A stretch of DNA of 62,750 nucleotides, counting the filler, from Reclinomonas americana ATCC 50394 (taxonomy: Eukaryota), in NCBI GenBank assembly GCA_048213135.1. It is 4 parts of 2 records of this genome, joined end to end, with 100 filler letters (N's around TTAATTAATTAA, not from the genome) between each part and the next. Parts side by side here need not be neighbours in the genome. Positions count along the whole stretch, not along the records: positions 55,850 to 62,750 come from PS015059.1; 3 more parts are not named here. The stretch is one strand, 5' to 3'. A model generated the notes under the pieces. The model did not search any database. It saw nothing but the letters and a program-made list of their open reading frames with translations, and was not told the origin of the DNA. Shown here piece after piece: positions 60,801 through 62,750 of the stretch (position 1 is its first letter; each line of letters begins with the position of its first letter). The position numbers were made by a program, and so were the translations under genes.

Positions 60801-62330
60801 CTGGTAACAAGAGACAGTGTGAATGCCGACGCAGACGACCTCCAACCTGCCATGGAAAAAAAAACAGACCTGCGGCTCCGCTATCTTGGCCTGCGTCATG
60901 GTCTCCAGGTCGAAAGCACCACCACCCTCGGCCATGTCAGCATGCACAGGACCCCACATGGCCTGGCAGGAGCGCAGTGAGAAAGGAACAGACTTACGTG
61001 CACCTTCAAAGACACTCACCCGTTGATGATCGTACTGCGGCGACGTGGGATTGGCGCGCTGACTGGCCACCAGCGAGCGATACGAGACCGGCAACTGCGA
61101 CTGGTGAGCCGACGGAGTCCGGAAGAAGCGCGGCTGCCAGTACCGCTGTTGTTGGCGCCCGTACACCGACTCCCACACCGGCACCGGTGGATGCATGGCC
61201 ACGGCTGCGGCCAGATTGGAGAGCGTCGACGATGGCGACGTCAGCGCGGCCCCGAATGACATGGGCGACATGGCACTGTGCGGCGACACGCTCATCGAGC
61301 GACGAAGAAGCGCAACTGGCGCCACGTGCTTCATCGCAAAGAGTTGCACCGGATTGCTGTCGGGCGAGAGCATGTACACGTTTTGCGAGTTGAGCGCTGC
61401 CGCCGTCTGGTTCAGGCCCTCGTGCACCGATACTTGTGGGGCGAAGCTTGAGCCGCTGCCGCCACCGGTGGATGATCCGGCGCCGCCTGGCGGTGGGCGA
61501 CCAAGGACAGGCGGTGGGGGCTAAGGGAAAGGGAGAAGAGGCAAAGGAATCAATGAGATCAACGAGAGCAGGAGGGTATCACAAAAAAAGAGCAGAGGGC
61601 GAAGAGAAAGAGAACACACAAACACTAACTCCCTCCACCCTCACCAAATCATGCTGCAGCTCCTGAAAGAGCGTTGCCGCACTCTGATGCACAGTCGCAC
61701 TCTCCTCGCGATACTTGGTCAACTGCGCACTCTGCTTCTGCGCCTGGGCGGCTCGCGACTTGCTCAGGCGAATCAGCGGGGTCGTCGCGGCATCGCGTTC
61801 CGGTCGCCACCACTTGCCAATGGCGTTGGAGAGCGCGTACTTGGCGTCCTCCGACAGCGTGTCCCACTTGTTGGCGGCGGGCTGCGGAAAGAAGGCTTCG
61901 AAGGTGGACTCGCGCGGCCGACGGAAGCGCTGCATGGGAAGAGAGAGAGTGTGTGTGTGTACGATGAGCGCTAAAAAGGGAACGAGATTCGTGGACATCA
62001 AGAACAGCACGCACCAGACTCTTGCGGCGCTCGCGACGTGGAGCGTCGCCGTACGACTTGGAGATGCGGATTGGCTTGAGATTGGCCAGCACCTCCAGCT
62101 GACGCGGATGTGGTGGCAAGAATGGCATTTCAGCGCACACTCGCGCCCAGTTTTGCAGAGCGCGCTCATAGTCTGTCGACATGAGATCAGAAACACAAGG
62201 GCGACCAAGAAAAAAGAAGCACACAGCAAAAACCTTCGAATCGTGCGTACTGTTCCGGCTGTGGCTCTGGGGGCACCAAGCGACCCTCCCATGCCAGTGA
62301 GGCTTCGTAGTCGTGCCTGCGAGGTTGTTG
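56018..62330 (-). CDS. Large multi-exon protein with a helical-repeat-like C-terminus, tentatively similar to the Dictyostelium Sca1/ScaA Ras-signalling scaffold; both ends unresolved
   Basis: Protein-like exons DYERALQNWARVCAEMPFLPPHPRQL, YQYQLEARLGFYG, SKLSYLIGQCY and NAQSWRLFYQMIRRH...NALHYVAKVL...FINKHLLMQVHLIYTR...FYQTVASRACCKTLLKLITK. The gene itself is well supported; the ScaA similarity is from memory and unverified. Confidence 0.6.
59175..59287. repeat. Intronic (AAC)n/(GAA)n microsatellite
   Basis: Long perfect GAA run preceded by an AAC run. Confidence 0.95.
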
Positions 62331-62599
62331 ATGAGAGAGGTGAATGAAGAGTGGAAGAAGAAGAGACGGAGAGAAGGAAACACAGGGACAGGCATATACT
62401 CAGCACGGAGAGTCACGCGGAGAAAAGGATACGCAAGCATGCAACACCGCACACACACACACACACACACCCTTACACGCAAACACACAGATGCATGCGA
62501 CGCTCGTGCAGTGAAACCAAGCAAACTAATAGAGTATGACTGTGAGAGGAACACAAATGCACATGGAGGCACAACGAGGCACACACACGCACACACACA

Positions 62600-62639
<40 letters not shown>

Positions 62640-62750
62640 GAGGAGGAGGGAGGAGGAGGAGGAGAGAGAGAGAGAAGAACGACGAACGAACGACGAACGA
62701 CGACGAACGAACACACGACGCGACGACGAGAGAGAAGAGAGAGAGAGACA

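Overview
Eukaryotic (protist, possibly amoebozoan) genomic DNA: GC-rich exons, short GT-AG introns, many GA/CA microsatellites and N gaps. Three N44-TTAATTAATTAA-N44 linkers (10307-10406, 37681-37780, 55750-55849) show that the window is four artificially joined pieces. Ordinary content: a multi-exon GRAM + multi-PH gene (696-6182 +), a convergent low-complexity gene (6289 to ~10170 -), two secreted SUEL/Gal_lectin-like paralogues (42099-44289 -, 51554-53778 -) and a large multi-exon gene tentatively ScaA-like (~56018-62330 -). The main feature is a family of at least ten stand-alone WD40 genes and pseudogenes in two clusters: a ~3.3 kb tandem array on the minus strand (10.4-28.1 kb) and a plus-strand cluster (45.1-51.0 kb). 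They are built from near-identical 42-aa repeats that vary at the positions known to be hypervariable in fungal HET-E-type receptors. Every copy that retains its 3' end finishes in a conserved ~55-65 aa tail with SOCS-box/BC-box-like spacing. I infer a diversifying repertoire of substrate receptors, possibly immune-related E3-ligase adaptors. One copy is split by a 663 bp insertion encoding an intron-containing tyrosine-recombinase N-terminal domain whose frame runs directly into telomere-like (T[T/C]AAGGG) repeats. All family assignments are by eye; no database searches were run.
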